The notes under the pieces were generated by a model. That model searched no databases. It was not told the origin of the DNA and was given only the letters and a program-made list of their open reading frames with translations. Made by a program: the position numbers and the translations under genes. From a virus (Duplodnaviria; Heunggongvirae; Uroviricota; Caudoviricetes), in the IMG/VR virus record IMGVR_UViG_3300022661_000054: 64,000 bases of DNA. One strand, written 5' to 3'. Positions within the stretch are counted from its first letter, which is position 1; every line of letters starts with the position of its first letter. Shown piece by piece: positions 29,509 through 39,258 of this stretch.

Positions 29509-29692
29509 AATAAATTTCAAACATAGGCTCAGTTACTCGTTTAGTTACTGGTTGAATCTCCTGGTCGTTGCTTTTTATTTCTTTTGGCTCTATGCTAGTG
29601 TCAACTAATGTATCTTTATTTAATTTTATAATAAGTTTATTTACATTAAAATCTAAATTAACTTTATCAGTTTTGCTATTAATATTGAACAT
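29507..29692 (-). CDS. Hypothetical small protein (61 aa)
   Basis: ORF. Its RBS was not checked. Confidence 0.45.
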   Translation of the reverse strand: MFNINSKTDKVNLDFNVNKLIIKLNKDTLVDTSIEPKEIKSNDQEIQPVTKRVTEPMFEIY

Positions 29693-29737
29693 ACTACAAT
29701 CTCCTTTGCTATTAAATTTAGCAAAAGAAATTTTAAA

Positions 29738-30598
29738 TTACAGATATAGCTTATACTTATTTTGATTTTTAGCTGCGATGACGGTATTCTGCATAAGCAT
29801 TGCAATTGTCATAGGTCCGACACCACCAGGTACCGGAGTAATCCATGATGTTTTGCGTGAAACATTTTCAAAATCGACATCACCACAGAGCTTGCCGTCT
29901 ACACGGTTAATTCCGACATCAATAACGACAGCGCCGTCTTTAACCATATCTGCTGTAATAAACCCAGGACTGCCGACGGCAACCACAAGAATGTCAGCCC
30001 GACGACAAACTTCTGTCAAGTCATTAGTTTTAGAATGCGCTGTTGTGACAGTGCCGTCTTTGTGAAGCAATAGCATGCTCATTGGCTTTCCGACAATATT
30101 AGATCTACCTACAACAACACACTCTTTGCCAGCTACTTCAATATTATAGTAGTCAAGCATTTCCATAACACCTGCGGGGGTACAAGGAAGAAAATCATAT
30201 TCGCCGATCATAATTTTACCAACATTTTTTGGGTGAAAGGCATCTACATCTTTGTATGGACTAACTGCGTTCAAAACAGCTTTCTCGTCATAACCAGGTG
30301 GGAGGGGGAGCTGCACAAGAATACCATCAATTGCTTCGTCAATGTTTAAGTCGTAGATAAGTCTAATAAGCTTTTCCTGGCCAATATCCGCAGGTAAATT
30401 AAACTGTCTTGAAATAATACCCGTCTCCTCACAAGCCTTTTGCTTATTTCTTACATATACCTGCGAAGCTTGGTCTTCACCAACTAAGATAACAGCCAAA
30501 CAAGGATAAACTCTTTTTTCTTTTAGTTGTTTAACTTCTTCGGCTACACGCTCCTTAACCGCTTTTGATACAACCTTACCATCAATAATATTACTCAT
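29738..30598 (-). CDS. folD: Bifunctional 5,10-methylene-tetrahydrofolate dehydrogenase / methenyl-THF cyclohydrolase
   Basis: Full-length FolD (286 aa). Sequence reads NIIDGK...LAVILVGEDQASQVYVRNK...VVVGRSNIVGKPM. The YxxxK-type substrate motif and the GRSxIVGxP NAD(P)-binding motif are both present. Confidence 0.9.
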   Translation of the reverse strand: MSNIIDGKVVSKAVKERVAEEVKQLKEKRVYPCLAVILVGEDQASQVYVRNKQKACEETGIISRQFNLPADIGQEKLIRLIYDLNIDEAIDGILVQLPLPPGYDEKAVLNAVSPYKDVDAFHPKNVGKIMIGEYDFLPCTPAGVMEMLDYYNIEVAGKECVVVGRSNIVGKPMSMLLLHKDGTVTTAHSKTNDLTEVCRRADILVVAVGSPGFITADMVKDGAVVIDVGINRVDGKLCGDVDFENVSRKTSWITPVPGGVGPMTIAMLMQNTVIAAKNQNKYKLYL

Positions 30599-30609
30599 AT
30601 AAAACTCCT

Positions 30610-30975
30610 TTAATTATATATAAATTCTTCACACCTGTAACCATTCTCTCTAAGCCATTCAGCTACTAGATGCCTATGACAGAAATCATTAGGCTTTTCA
30701 TAACAAACAAGAGCTATATCAACGCCAGAATGCGGATCTATCATTTCAGATATGACCTCATCTGCATTTAACTTGTTTAAGACCTGCTCTTTAAAACATT
30801 TTATATAATAATCATTATCACCAGTGCGTTTCCATTCCATAAAGAAATCATACTTAGGCGCTAACTTCTTATACTGAAAGCCTTTATAACCTGCTGGAGC
30901 CTTACCACAAATAGAAAAAGTAATAATATCTTTAGGTAATTTTTTAAGTTTTGCAAAATAGGTAGTATAAATCAT
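30610..30975 (-). CDS. DUF488-like small protein (121 aa)
   Basis: The C-terminal stretch ALVCYEKPNDFCHRHLVAEWL matches the DUF488 signature (L.C.E.....CHR..la.yL). Length fits. Confidence 0.5.
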   Translation of the reverse strand: MIYTTYFAKLKKLPKDIITFSICGKAPAGYKGFQYKKLAPKYDFFMEWKRTGDNDYYIKCFKEQVLNKLNADEVISEMIDPHSGVDIALVCYEKPNDFCHRHLVAEWLRENGYRCEEFIYN

Positions 30976-31466
30976 TCTCTCTCAAATCCTTTATATTTAT
31001 TCTCTACAGCAAAAAATCTTCCATGATATTTTTTACATTGCTCTATAACTTCTTTAGTTTCCGTTTTTGTGCTACAATAAAAATTAAATAGCGTCTTAGG
31101 GCCTACCTCAATATAGTCATGCGGAATATGAATAAGCGTTTCGTGAATAACTACTTCGTAATGTTTTGGAACAACAACTTCAATCTTCCACAACCTATCT
31201 TTCTGAATTAAGTCCAAAATAGCATAGCTAATCCAAACGCCTAAAGCATTAGCAATGGCTGTAGCAATAACCGTAATCTCTAAAGGGAGATTGGCAGTCT
31301 GTTTAACTACTACTGTATAAAAAGAATAAGCAATAACATTGGTTAGTACATTAATACCTCTGCCATATCTGACAGTACAGATACTTTTTGTACTAGATAA
31401 AATAACGTTAGTTAAACTAATTAAAAAGAAATATAGAGTTGTCATTGAAAACAAAGTATTTAACAT
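30972..31466 (-). CDS. UPF0316/DUF2179-like membrane protein
   Basis: Start MLNTLF..., multiple TM helices, a basic loop (TVRYGRG) and an AYALG-like motif (AIANALGVW) resemble the Bacillus/Clostridium UPF0316 family. Confidence 0.55.
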   Translation of the reverse strand: MLNTLFSMTTLYFFLISLTNVILSSTKSICTVRYGRGINVLTNVIAYSFYTVVVKQTANLPLEITVIATAIANALGVWISYAILDLIQKDRLWKIEVVVPKHYEVVIHETLIHIPHDYIEVGPKTLFNFYCSTKTETKEVIEQCKKYHGRFFAVENKYKGFERE

Positions 31467-31552
31467 GTAACGCCTCCTAACTAATATTTATCAATATATA
31501 ATACAATAAAAGCCTAGGATATTTTAACCCTAGGCTTTTAGTTATTTAAAGG

Positions 31553-32443
31553 TTATTCTTCAATCTCGTCTCTAATATCTAGGATAGCTGAACCTTCACC
31601 CATAACCTGAGGAAGCTTGCCATCCCACTTTTCGTAAAATTTAGATTCAAGTACTTGGTCAGTCAGAGATTGAGTAAGAAGCTTATTAGCAGCTGCTTCT
31701 GCTTCAGCAGCAATTTTAAGAGCTTTTGCATCTGCCTCTGCCTTTGCAATCTTTGTCTCATTATCATAATCAGCCTTAAGCTTTGCCTGTTCGGCTACCA
31801 TCTTGTCCTCTACTGCTTTTTCAAAAGAATCAGAAAAATCGATATTAGTAAGCACTACAGCTTCTACACTGATAAAGTAGCCCTCGTCAACAGCTGCTTT
31901 GACTGCTGCTTCTACCTCAGGCGAGATAGCAGCTCTATTTGCAATAATATTCATAGCTTTATGTGAGGAAAGTACAGCCTTAGTTTTTTCAATAACAATA
32001 GACTGAATACGTCCCTGTAGTACCTCAAGAGTACCATACTGAGTAGCAATATCAGTTACCTTATCAGGAACGACTCGGTACTGAAGTGTCATGGCTACAT
32101 CCATAGTTTGTGCATCACTAGAATAAGCAGCAGTAATAATTTCTACATTCTGCACCTTAGTATCATACTTTGAATAAGAAGTGGTCATCCAAAGGTCAAA
32201 ATTCGTGCCTGCGTCTCTAGTACCTGTAATCTTACCTAAAGTTTTAACTACAGCGATCTCGCCAGAATTCACAGTACGAAACGAGAACGGTACCGCAATA
32301 AAGCTAATACAGAAGATAACAGTTAAAATAATACAAATTACCTTACCAGCCGCAATGTCATTCTCTGAGCAGTAATAAACACCAATGCCGCAGCCAATAG
32401 CCAAGACCGCTAACAAAATACCTACAAAAAATCCAATTGCCAT
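31553..32443 (-). CDS. SPFH / band-7 (stomatin-prohibitin-like) membrane protein
   Basis: N-terminal TM helices are followed by NSGEIAVVKTLGKITG...QNVEIITAAYSSDAQTMDVAMTLQYRV, which is typical of the SPFH core. The C-terminus has an Ala/Glu/Lys coiled coil. Confidence 0.8.
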   Translation of the reverse strand: MAIGFFVGILLAVLAIGCGIGVYYCSENDIAAGKVICIILTVIFCISFIAVPFSFRTVNSGEIAVVKTLGKITGTRDAGTNFDLWMTTSYSKYDTKVQNVEIITAAYSSDAQTMDVAMTLQYRVVPDKVTDIATQYGTLEVLQGRIQSIVIEKTKAVLSSHKAMNIIANRAAISPEVEAAVKAAVDEGYFISVEAVVLTNIDFSDSFEKAVEDKMVAEQAKLKADYDNETKIAKAEADAKALKIAAEAEAAANKLLTQSLTDQVLESKFYEKWDGKLPQVMGEGSAILDIRDEIEE

Positions 32444-32506
32444 TTTTCATAACTCCTTAAAAATTATTTATATTATATATTAAAATCAAGTCAAAGACTT
32501 GTTATT

Positions 32507-33037
32507 TTAATTTAACAAAAAAGTATCAGTAAACCAGATTAATCTATCTCTAAAAGTATCTAAAGTTGAATCATTATGAATAATCGCATCAAAATTATAA
32601 TTATCCATAGAAGTTTCAGAAACGTGCTGTTTCTGCTTTTCTGTTAAACCGCTTTCAAAATTAGGACGTTCAACTCTAAGAAGCTTAGTAGGAAAATTCT
32701 TTTCAACCTGGGTAAATTCAATCGGATAACGACAATCAGGAATCAAAACATAATCCCACTCATTCTCAAAAAACTTAAGGATATCAACAATAAAATCTAC
32801 CCAATAAGATGGCTGTTGTGAAGAAATCACATCTGTTCCTACATATTGAAGAAGCGTTCGACCTTTCTCATCTTTTTGGCCATCCCAGTTAAAGAAGTTT
32901 GTACATACAAACTTTACAAGATCAGCATAATGAGTAATCAGCACTCTATTACCTTTAGCTTCTAAGTAATCTTTAATAATACTAGCGGCAGTATCTTTAC
33001 CATGTTGTGCTTTTGCACTAATACAACAAACTTTCAT
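32507..33037 (-). CDS. P-loop nucleotide kinase, dNMP-kinase-like (T4 gp1-like)
   Basis: The Walker A-like stretch ISAKAQHGKDT sits at the extreme N-terminus, as in phage deoxynucleoside-monophosphate kinases. Size is 176 aa. Confidence 0.6.
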   Translation of the reverse strand: MKVCCISAKAQHGKDTAASIIKDYLEAKGNRVLITHYADLVKFVCTNFFNWDGQKDEKGRTLLQYVGTDVISSQQPSYWVDFIVDILKFFENEWDYVLIPDCRYPIEFTQVEKNFPTKLLRVERPNFESGLTEKQKQHVSETSMDNYNFDAIIHNDSTLDTFRDRLIWFTDTFLLN

Positions 33038-33227
33038 ATATTTACTCCTTAGTATTTTCTGTGTCTACCTGCTTATACTTGCAAGTTTTTGAGCAATTAT
33101 CTACAAAATGCCAAAAATCGATAACGGCATCATAAGCAGAATTATTACTTTCTAAAAAACTGTTTCTTGCTTCTTGCCCAATTGGACATTCTTCATTACA
33201 ATAGGTAATATCCAATATTAGGTCTCC

Positions 33228-33650
33228 TCAAAAATTCATAATATGAGACATATCATCCTCAACAATGCTACTAGTCTTTAGCTTTTTGCTTGCAAGGTAT
33301 TTATTAATTCGCTCGCACTCTTGTTTTGCAGATAGCATAGTATCATGACAAAGATGAATACCATGAGGCACTTCAGGCACATATCTGTTCAGTTCAGGAT
33401 AAACTGTTTCATAGAAAAAATCACAAGCGCCTTCCCAATAACGCAAAACCCCATTTTTAGGGTCACGATCTATATTAGTAATTTGAATAGGCTTATCTTG
33501 TACATAATACTGAGTAAAATTATACTTTTTAATAGCTGAGCCGTGACATGTTTGACAGCTATTTAAAACTTCACCACGTTTAGTACACTCAGGACATACT
33601 GTCTTTATTACTTTCTCAGTAGGACGTAATACAAACATATAATTAGCCAT
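33228..33650 (-). CDS. Cys-rich zinc-finger protein (140 aa)
   Basis: CPECTKRGEVLNSCQTCHG contains C2C2 spacing. Confidence 0.65.
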   Translation of the reverse strand: MANYMFVLRPTEKVIKTVCPECTKRGEVLNSCQTCHGSAIKKYNFTQYYVQDKPIQITNIDRDPKNGVLRYWEGACDFFYETVYPELNRYVPEVPHGIHLCHDTMLSAKQECERINKYLASKKLKTSSIVEDDMSHIMNF

Positions 33651-33790
33651 AATAAGACTCCTTCATTTTTTCATTCTATTATAATATACAATAGCTTACT
33701 AAACGGTTTTATACTAAAATTAATTATTTAGTAAAAAAATAAAGACTGGCACAAAACCAGTCTTTATTAATTAATTTATCTTATTAAAAA

Positions 33791-35644
33791 TTATAGAACA
33801 GAAACATCGTTTCCTTTACCGCCAAAACCTCTAGCATCAAGATCTAAATTTACATCTAAAATCTCATCAAGGTTTTCACTATCATCAGCTTTTCCAGCTT
33901 TCTTAGCGGCCTTGGTTTTGGCGTATTCTTCGATATCCTGTTTTAGCTCATCAATATCCTCAACAGTAAGAGTGTTAAGAACTTTTTCATTACCATTCAT
34001 AAGTGCCTTGAGAGTTGCTTTGTTTTCCATATTCTCAACAGCATCATAAAGAGCATCACCCTGTTTTTCAGGTAAAATATTAGAAATTAGCTCACCAAAG
34101 GCTCTTATAACAGTTGCACCATCGGCGCCAAGTCTAGTAGCAACCTTTTTTAGGCTATCTTTAAGCTTACCTTCAGTAAGAGATACTTCCTCTTCTAAAG
34201 ATTCTTTAGTTAAAACACGAACTTCTGTATCATTTGCAAGCGACATGCTGCCATTACTGTGGAAAATATCCACACCACCACCGCTAGCACGATTTGAAAC
34301 GCTTTGAACCCTACCTGGATACTGCTCTTTTCTACCGCCTACAGCTAAAATCTTATCTCCCTTTTTTACCTTATCAGCAGTAACAGTCTTTTCAATTTTC
34401 TTGCCAAAAAGGCCTTCTTCAATCTCTTCTGCTGCCTTATAAGGAACCATAGCACCTACAATAGCATAACCAGCAGTTTCTTCACAGAAAGCGCAAGCTT
34501 CATCAACATTTACTAAATCAGATTCTTCGTCTGCTTTTACATCGGACTCATCCTTGATTACGAGAGCACCGCACTTAGAGCACTCTAAAATAACTTTCTT
34601 AGGCTCGTCTACTTCAGGCTCTTCTTTAACGACCTCATCATCAACGACATCTTCTACAGGAATTTCTTCTTCAGCAGCAACTTCGTCTGCTAGCGCTTCT
34701 TCGTTTGTAGCTTCATAAAGCTTATTAAGCTCGTCTAGGGTCTCAAAAAAATTCATTTTGTTATTCTCCTTATTAATTTTTTCATTTATATTTTGTGTAT
34801 TAGATACACTATTTACTGGATTAATTTCTCCTGAGGCACGATAATTCTTTCCATTCCAAGTTAGGATTTCTACCTCATATTGCTGACCTTCGTGGTTTCT
34901 TAGATTATTAGGAAAAGCTACATTTGCTTCACCGTGCACACCATCGTCAGCTCTCGCTCTTAGCTTATGACCGTCATCTACTATCGTTACAATATATTTA
35001 CCAGCAGAAGCAGCTTGCTTTTGTACTTGTTGTGTAGCAGATACAGCCTTAGCAGTAGTGGCAGATGGAGCACTCGTAGCTACGGAAGTTTTACTAATAG
35101 AAGAACCATCGCTTAACTTCCACTCTAAAAGGTTTTCTACTAAGGCGTAACCCTCTTTTTCTGCAAGAAAACTATCAATGCTTCCTCTAAATACAAACTT
35201 AGTATAAGGCTCTGGAATCATATCTTCTAGCATATCTGCGGCTTCGTCTGCATCAAGAGAAGTATTGTCTTTGAAAGCATATATAAACTTTTTATTATTT
35301 TTACGGTCTAAGTAGTATCCAAACCAACAGTATTTAACATCTTCATCTAATCGATCACCAAGATCACACTCTGGACACTGGCCTAATGGATTTAGTTCTA
35401 AACCGCAGTAGTCACAAAAACTAACTTCTACGTCCTGTTCAGGTTCACGTGTCATTTCATAATACTCTCGTTCTTGGTTATCCTCATCCTGAATTCTTTG
35501 CCACATTCTATATAACTGTGCATCAGAATATTTATCGAAATTATAGCTTCTGCCAGAAGCTTCAATTTTATTTATGAGGTCTTGACGATCACCAAAAGAT
35601 TCATTAAGCGCATCCAGTTCCATAAACGCTCGGAACATATTCAT
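33791..35644 (-). CDS. Large acidic hypothetical protein (617 aa) with a zinc-ribbon and an Ala/Ser/Thr-rich linker
   Basis: CDYCGLELNPLGQCPECD plus CSKCG...CAFCEE. Acidic tracts are present. Confidence 0.75.
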   Translation of the reverse strand: MNMFRAFMELDALNESFGDRQDLINKIEASGRSYNFDKYSDAQLYRMWQRIQDEDNQEREYYEMTREPEQDVEVSFCDYCGLELNPLGQCPECDLGDRLDEDVKYCWFGYYLDRKNNKKFIYAFKDNTSLDADEAADMLEDMIPEPYTKFVFRGSIDSFLAEKEGYALVENLLEWKLSDGSSISKTSVATSAPSATTAKAVSATQQVQKQAASAGKYIVTIVDDGHKLRARADDGVHGEANVAFPNNLRNHEGQQYEVEILTWNGKNYRASGEINPVNSVSNTQNINEKINKENNKMNFFETLDELNKLYEATNEEALADEVAAEEEIPVEDVVDDEVVKEEPEVDEPKKVILECSKCGALVIKDESDVKADEESDLVNVDEACAFCEETAGYAIVGAMVPYKAAEEIEEGLFGKKIEKTVTADKVKKGDKILAVGGRKEQYPGRVQSVSNRASGGGVDIFHSNGSMSLANDTEVRVLTKESLEEEVSLTEGKLKDSLKKVATRLGADGATVIRAFGELISNILPEKQGDALYDAVENMENKATLKALMNGNEKVLNTLTVEDIDELKQDIEEYAKTKAAKKAGKADDSENLDEILDVNLDLDARGFGGKGNDVSVL

Positions 35645-35689
35645 AAATAATTTATTCCTTTCAATAAAACTTATCGATTAATTTAGCGT

Positions 35690-36082
35690 TTATTTATTAT
35701 CTGATTTAGTTAATTCTTCTACTTGCTCAAAATAAAATTTAATTTTATGTTCATGAGCCTCGACTAAGCCATAGTCTAAACCAACCTTATATATGTAATT
35801 ATCACGAAAAAGCTTACTTGGTATTTCTTCAATCATTTTTCTAAATACTTCTAATGAATGGGAACGTTTGTAGTGATTATCCCTACGACATGCAGGCATA
35901 TAGTTTTCAAAGCACTCAATTTGTTCTTCTGTATAGCTACCAAACCGTTCTCTTTGGACTGGAATAAGATGATCTACTTGCATATCTTTATATTCAATTT
36001 TCTTACCACAATATGCACAATGCCCGTCATATTTATTATAAACTGCCTCACGAACTTTTTTAGGTATTGTCTTGCGTGCCAT
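35690..36082 (-). CDS. HNH endonuclease
   Basis: Sequence GHCAYCGKKIEYKDMQVDHLIPVQRERFGSY...ACRRDNHYK carries the HNH motif with Cys pairs. Confidence 0.85.
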   Translation of the reverse strand: MARKTIPKKVREAVYNKYDGHCAYCGKKIEYKDMQVDHLIPVQRERFGSYTEEQIECFENYMPACRRDNHYKRSHSLEVFRKMIEEIPSKLFRDNYIYKVGLDYGLVEAHEHKIKFYFEQVEELTKSDNK

Positions 36083-36100
36083 TAACTATATCCTCTCTAA

Positions 36101-36352
36101 TTAAAATAATGTCCACCAATAATCGAAATGTTTTTTATAGTTGCTAAAGTTTCCTATATTGTAAATTCTGCGAATTTTTCTATTACTGATCTTTCTAAGA
36201 TATTTCGCGTAGCCAGGAGTTTTTGACGCAGTATATTTTATATATCTACCTGTGTCCTCATTAAACCATACACCCGCACCATAGCTATTCTTAGTCTGCC
36301 TATAAGTTTTCATCAAGCGTTTTTTACGATTTTGTGCCTGTTTATATGCCAT
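36101..36352 (-). CDS. Small basic hypothetical protein (83 aa)
   Basis: ORF with very basic (K/R-rich) composition. Confidence 0.55.
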   Translation of the reverse strand: MAYKQAQNRKKRLMKTYRQTKNSYGAGVWFNEDTGRYIKYTASKTPGYAKYLRKISNRKIRRIYNIGNFSNYKKHFDYWWTLF

Positions 36353-36437
36353 AACATAAACTCCTTTACTTACTATTTAACTACTTATATTATACAATAA
36401 AAAATAAGCACTCTAATTTTACATAGAGTGCTTATTT

Positions 36438-37070
36438 TTACTTAAAATCTTCCCACTTAATCTTAACAATGACACGCTTGCCACAACGGTCTCGCATTTC
36501 TACCTTAGGTCTACCTACAAGACCTTCCATCTTAGCAGTTCCCATAGTAGAGTCAGGATGACCTTTTACAAAGTCTACACCTTCCTGAATAGTACCTTCA
36601 AAAATGATAGGAACAACATCAATTCCAAAAGACCTTGCGATATCTTCTACAGAGTCTCTGGACTGGTAATTACCACAAATAAGCACATCAAAAAGAATAA
36701 AGCTTACATCACTTCTATAGGCTCCGCCTTTCTGGATCTTAGGACCATAGCCTTCACCAAAAAGAATTACAGGAGTCTCACCAAACTTCTCCTCAAAAAT
36801 CTGCTCAGCTTCATTAGTCTTAAAAGTAGCTAAAAGATAATCAAGAAGAAAAACAGGAATCTGTGCTTTATCAGTTCTACCACCAAAAGAAATGGTATGA
36901 CCATCCCAGTACACACGAATATTGGTTCCGTCTACCTTTTCAGTAAACTGCCAAATATTATCCTTAAGAAACTCTACTGTCGGATTTCTAAACTCACCTT
37001 CAAGCAGCTTCTTAGTCCCGTCCATGTCTCTTTTCCAAAGAGTTTCAATCTTATTATATTCTACCATCAT
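36438..37070 (-). CDS. Small ATP-dependent polynucleotide ligase-like nucleotidyltransferase (KxDG motif I)
   Basis: FTEKVDGTNIRVYWDG is ligase motif I (KxDGxN). Size is 210 aa. Confidence 0.55.
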   Translation of the reverse strand: MMVEYNKIETLWKRDMDGTKKLLEGEFRNPTVEFLKDNIWQFTEKVDGTNIRVYWDGHTISFGGRTDKAQIPVFLLDYLLATFKTNEAEQIFEEKFGETPVILFGEGYGPKIQKGGAYRSDVSFILFDVLICGNYQSRDSVEDIARSFGIDVVPIIFEGTIQEGVDFVKGHPDSTMGTAKMEGLVGRPKVEMRDRCGKRVIVKIKWEDFK

Positions 37071-37094
37071 AAAATTATGTCTCCTTTATTAAAA

Positions 37095-37418
37095 TCAGTA
37101 TGCTCTTGCTCGCGCTTCATCTTCAGTATCAAACACATCAACACCAAGCTTGCCTGTAAAAGCTGACTCTCCAGTGGCATCTATAGTATAGCTGATTTCA
37201 AAATCTGGCCCTTCCTCAACAAGAAGATGCTTACAAGTAACTGATAATATATCAGCACATCTAACTCTATCATTTATATCTATGTAATAAGCTTCAGTGG
37301 GAAGAATAAGAAGCCTACCATTTTCTTCAGCGTCTTCGTAAGCTGCAAGTTTATCAAGAGCTTTCTGAATATCTATATCCTCTTTAATAGTGTTAATAGT
37401 TCTAGTTAATCTATCCAT
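37095..37418 (-). CDS. Hypothetical protein (107 aa)
   Basis: ORF. Confidence 0.6.
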   Translation of the reverse strand: MDRLTRTINTIKEDIDIQKALDKLAAYEDAEENGRLLILPTEAYYIDINDRVRCADILSVTCKHLLVEEGPDFEISYTIDATGESAFTGKLGVDVFDTEDEARARAY

Positions 37419-37588
37419 ATCTTTGGTACCTCATATAATCTATTTTAGTTTTTAAAAGCATTATGAAGTGCTTTAACTGCATCATAGTTAGGTATTACAA
37501 TATCAGGTGCTGCTTTATAGCTCTTAATATCATAATTTCTTCTTCTGTTTGATCTTGCATAGGTACATTTACAAATAATTTTTCATAA

Positions 37589-37834
37589 TTAACCCTCTCT
37601 CCAAGTACACAAAACTGCAGCTATGATAGCAATAAGTATAAGTACCACTACTAAACCAATGCTAATCCATATGGGTGAAAATACCCACCACCAACTCCAG
37701 TTAATTACCTTAAACAGCTTTAAAATAACAAATAAAGCAGTAAGTATAAATATAAAATCAAGTTCTTCTTTAGTTTCTTCAACATTTTTCTGATTAGTTT
37801 CTTCTTTAGACATTCCCCAAAATAACCCTTTCAT
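37589..37834 (-). CDS. Small membrane protein (81 aa)
   Basis: Two hydrophobic helices. Overlaps the upstream gene by 29 nt. Confidence 0.5.
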   Translation of the reverse strand: MKGLFWGMSKEETNQKNVEETKEELDFIFILTALFVILKLFKVINWSWWWVFSPIWISIGLVVVLILIAIIAAVLCTWREG

Positions 37835-38831
37835 TAACGCTCATAAGAAATTCATTTATTTTATCGTAGTCAGGCTTGTCAGGTAAACTTGAATTTTCAG
37901 CTGCATAAAGCATTCTACGTTCAAATTCGTTTACTATATCATAAAATCCAGGAATTGGCTGTCCGTCTTCATCTAGAAATTTACCATATCTAAAACTTAA
38001 TAAATATTCAAGGTCTTGTTCGCGGTAAGTGATAATTTCTTCTTTTTCAAGAATATCAATGCACATCAAATAAAGTCTGATTAAATGCATCATATGTTTG
38101 CCAAGTCTACCATTATCAATAGCATTCTGATTTCGATGTCCAATTTTATCATAACCTGAGACTACATTCTTCATATCTGACCACATGCTTTTATAATCTC
38201 TAAGAGGATAGTGAGTAAGATGAAGGTCAATAAAGATTTCTTTATCTAAATCTTCTTGATCTGAATCGTCTAAATAAAGATTAATATAGTCATCTTCACC
38301 GAAACATTTATAAGTGTCGGGCCAAACGTAGCTAGCAGTCATAATACTATTTAGTATATGTTGTTCTCTTTCCGCTTGTGCCACAGTTCGTGCTGCTTTA
38401 TTGTCTAATCGACGGAGCTGTGCTGTTGCATACCCACCAAAAGACTGTACTGCTTTTTTAGAAAGAAATAACTTTCTATTATCTATAAGCTCCTGACCGA
38501 TAGGAGAAAGATAGAGATAATGTTCAGGTTTCAATCCAAGCATTTCAATAACATTTGGATTCGCGTTTGTAAGCAATGATACAATTTTTCTAATAGAATA
38601 AATAGTTGTATCAGTTTCGTTATTAACTACCTGTTCAAAGTTAGCTGCACCAAGTATTTCTGCTTTAGTGTTAAGAGCTACGCCACGAATATCTATATCT
38701 GAGCCTTCTACATTAGTTCCATAAGCATGCGAGCCGCCAAGTCCGAGTAAAATAATATTGTTGCCTAAATGAGGATTTGTTTTAAGGAAATCATATTCTG
38801 GTGTTTTTAAAATTGCTTTAAAATCAGTCAT
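37806..38831 (-). CDS. Pol-beta-superfamily nucleotidyltransferase domain protein (341 aa)
   Basis: LLGLGGSHAYGTNVEGSDIDIRGV matches the minimal NTase motif GS.....SD.D. Confidence 0.7.
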   Translation of the reverse strand: MTDFKAILKTPEYDFLKTNPHLGNNIILLGLGGSHAYGTNVEGSDIDIRGVALNTKAEILGAANFEQVVNNETDTTIYSIRKIVSLLTNANPNVIEMLGLKPEHYLYLSPIGQELIDNRKLFLSKKAVQSFGGYATAQLRRLDNKAARTVAQAEREQHILNSIMTASYVWPDTYKCFGEDDYINLYLDDSDQEDLDKEIFIDLHLTHYPLRDYKSMWSDMKNVVSGYDKIGHRNQNAIDNGRLGKHMMHLIRLYLMCIDILEKEEIITYREQDLEYLLSFRYGKFLDEDGQPIPGFYDIVNEFERRMLYAAENSSLPDKPDYDKINEFLMSVNERVILGNV

Positions 38832-39244
38832 TATTCTTCCTCCACTTGATTAACAATATCATCAGCGAATTCAGCAAAAGTATCGATATAAGAAAAATAA
38901 TCGCACATGAAAGAATGTTTCTCTCTGTATACCCACCTCTCAACAATACGAGCTTGCTTATTAGTGAGATTATAATTCTCTAAAATGTATTCAACAACAT
39001 CTTCAGTGAGTTTTTCATTTAGCTCTAGCTGCTTTTGTCTTTTAAGAGCACGAGCCTCTTCTACTCTCTGATTGTGTTCTTCTACCATTTCTCGATTACG
39101 TTTTACAGAAAGCTCTTCATCAAAAACATAATTTTCAGGTAGTCTAGTTAAAATTTCTTCAGTAAATTCACCGGGGTAATGATAACCTACTGAATATTTA
39201 CCGGTATCATAGTCTTTTCTAATATCTTCAATATCTTTATACAT
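38831..39244 (-). CDS. Hypothetical protein (137 aa)
   Basis: ORF coupled by an ATGA junction to the downstream gene. Confidence 0.65.
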   Translation of the reverse strand: MYKDIEDIRKDYDTGKYSVGYHYPGEFTEEILTRLPENYVFDEELSVKRNREMVEEHNQRVEEARALKRQKQLELNEKLTEDVVEYILENYNLTNKQARIVERWVYREKHSFMCDYFSYIDTFAEFADDIVNQVEEE

Positions 39245-39258
39245 ACTTTACCTCCAAA

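Noticed and set aside
29738-30598. folD as a host gene marking a prophage or contig boundary
   Set aside because: Phage-type genes continue uninterrupted on the same strand on both sides, with coupled junctions. I treat it as phage-encoded.
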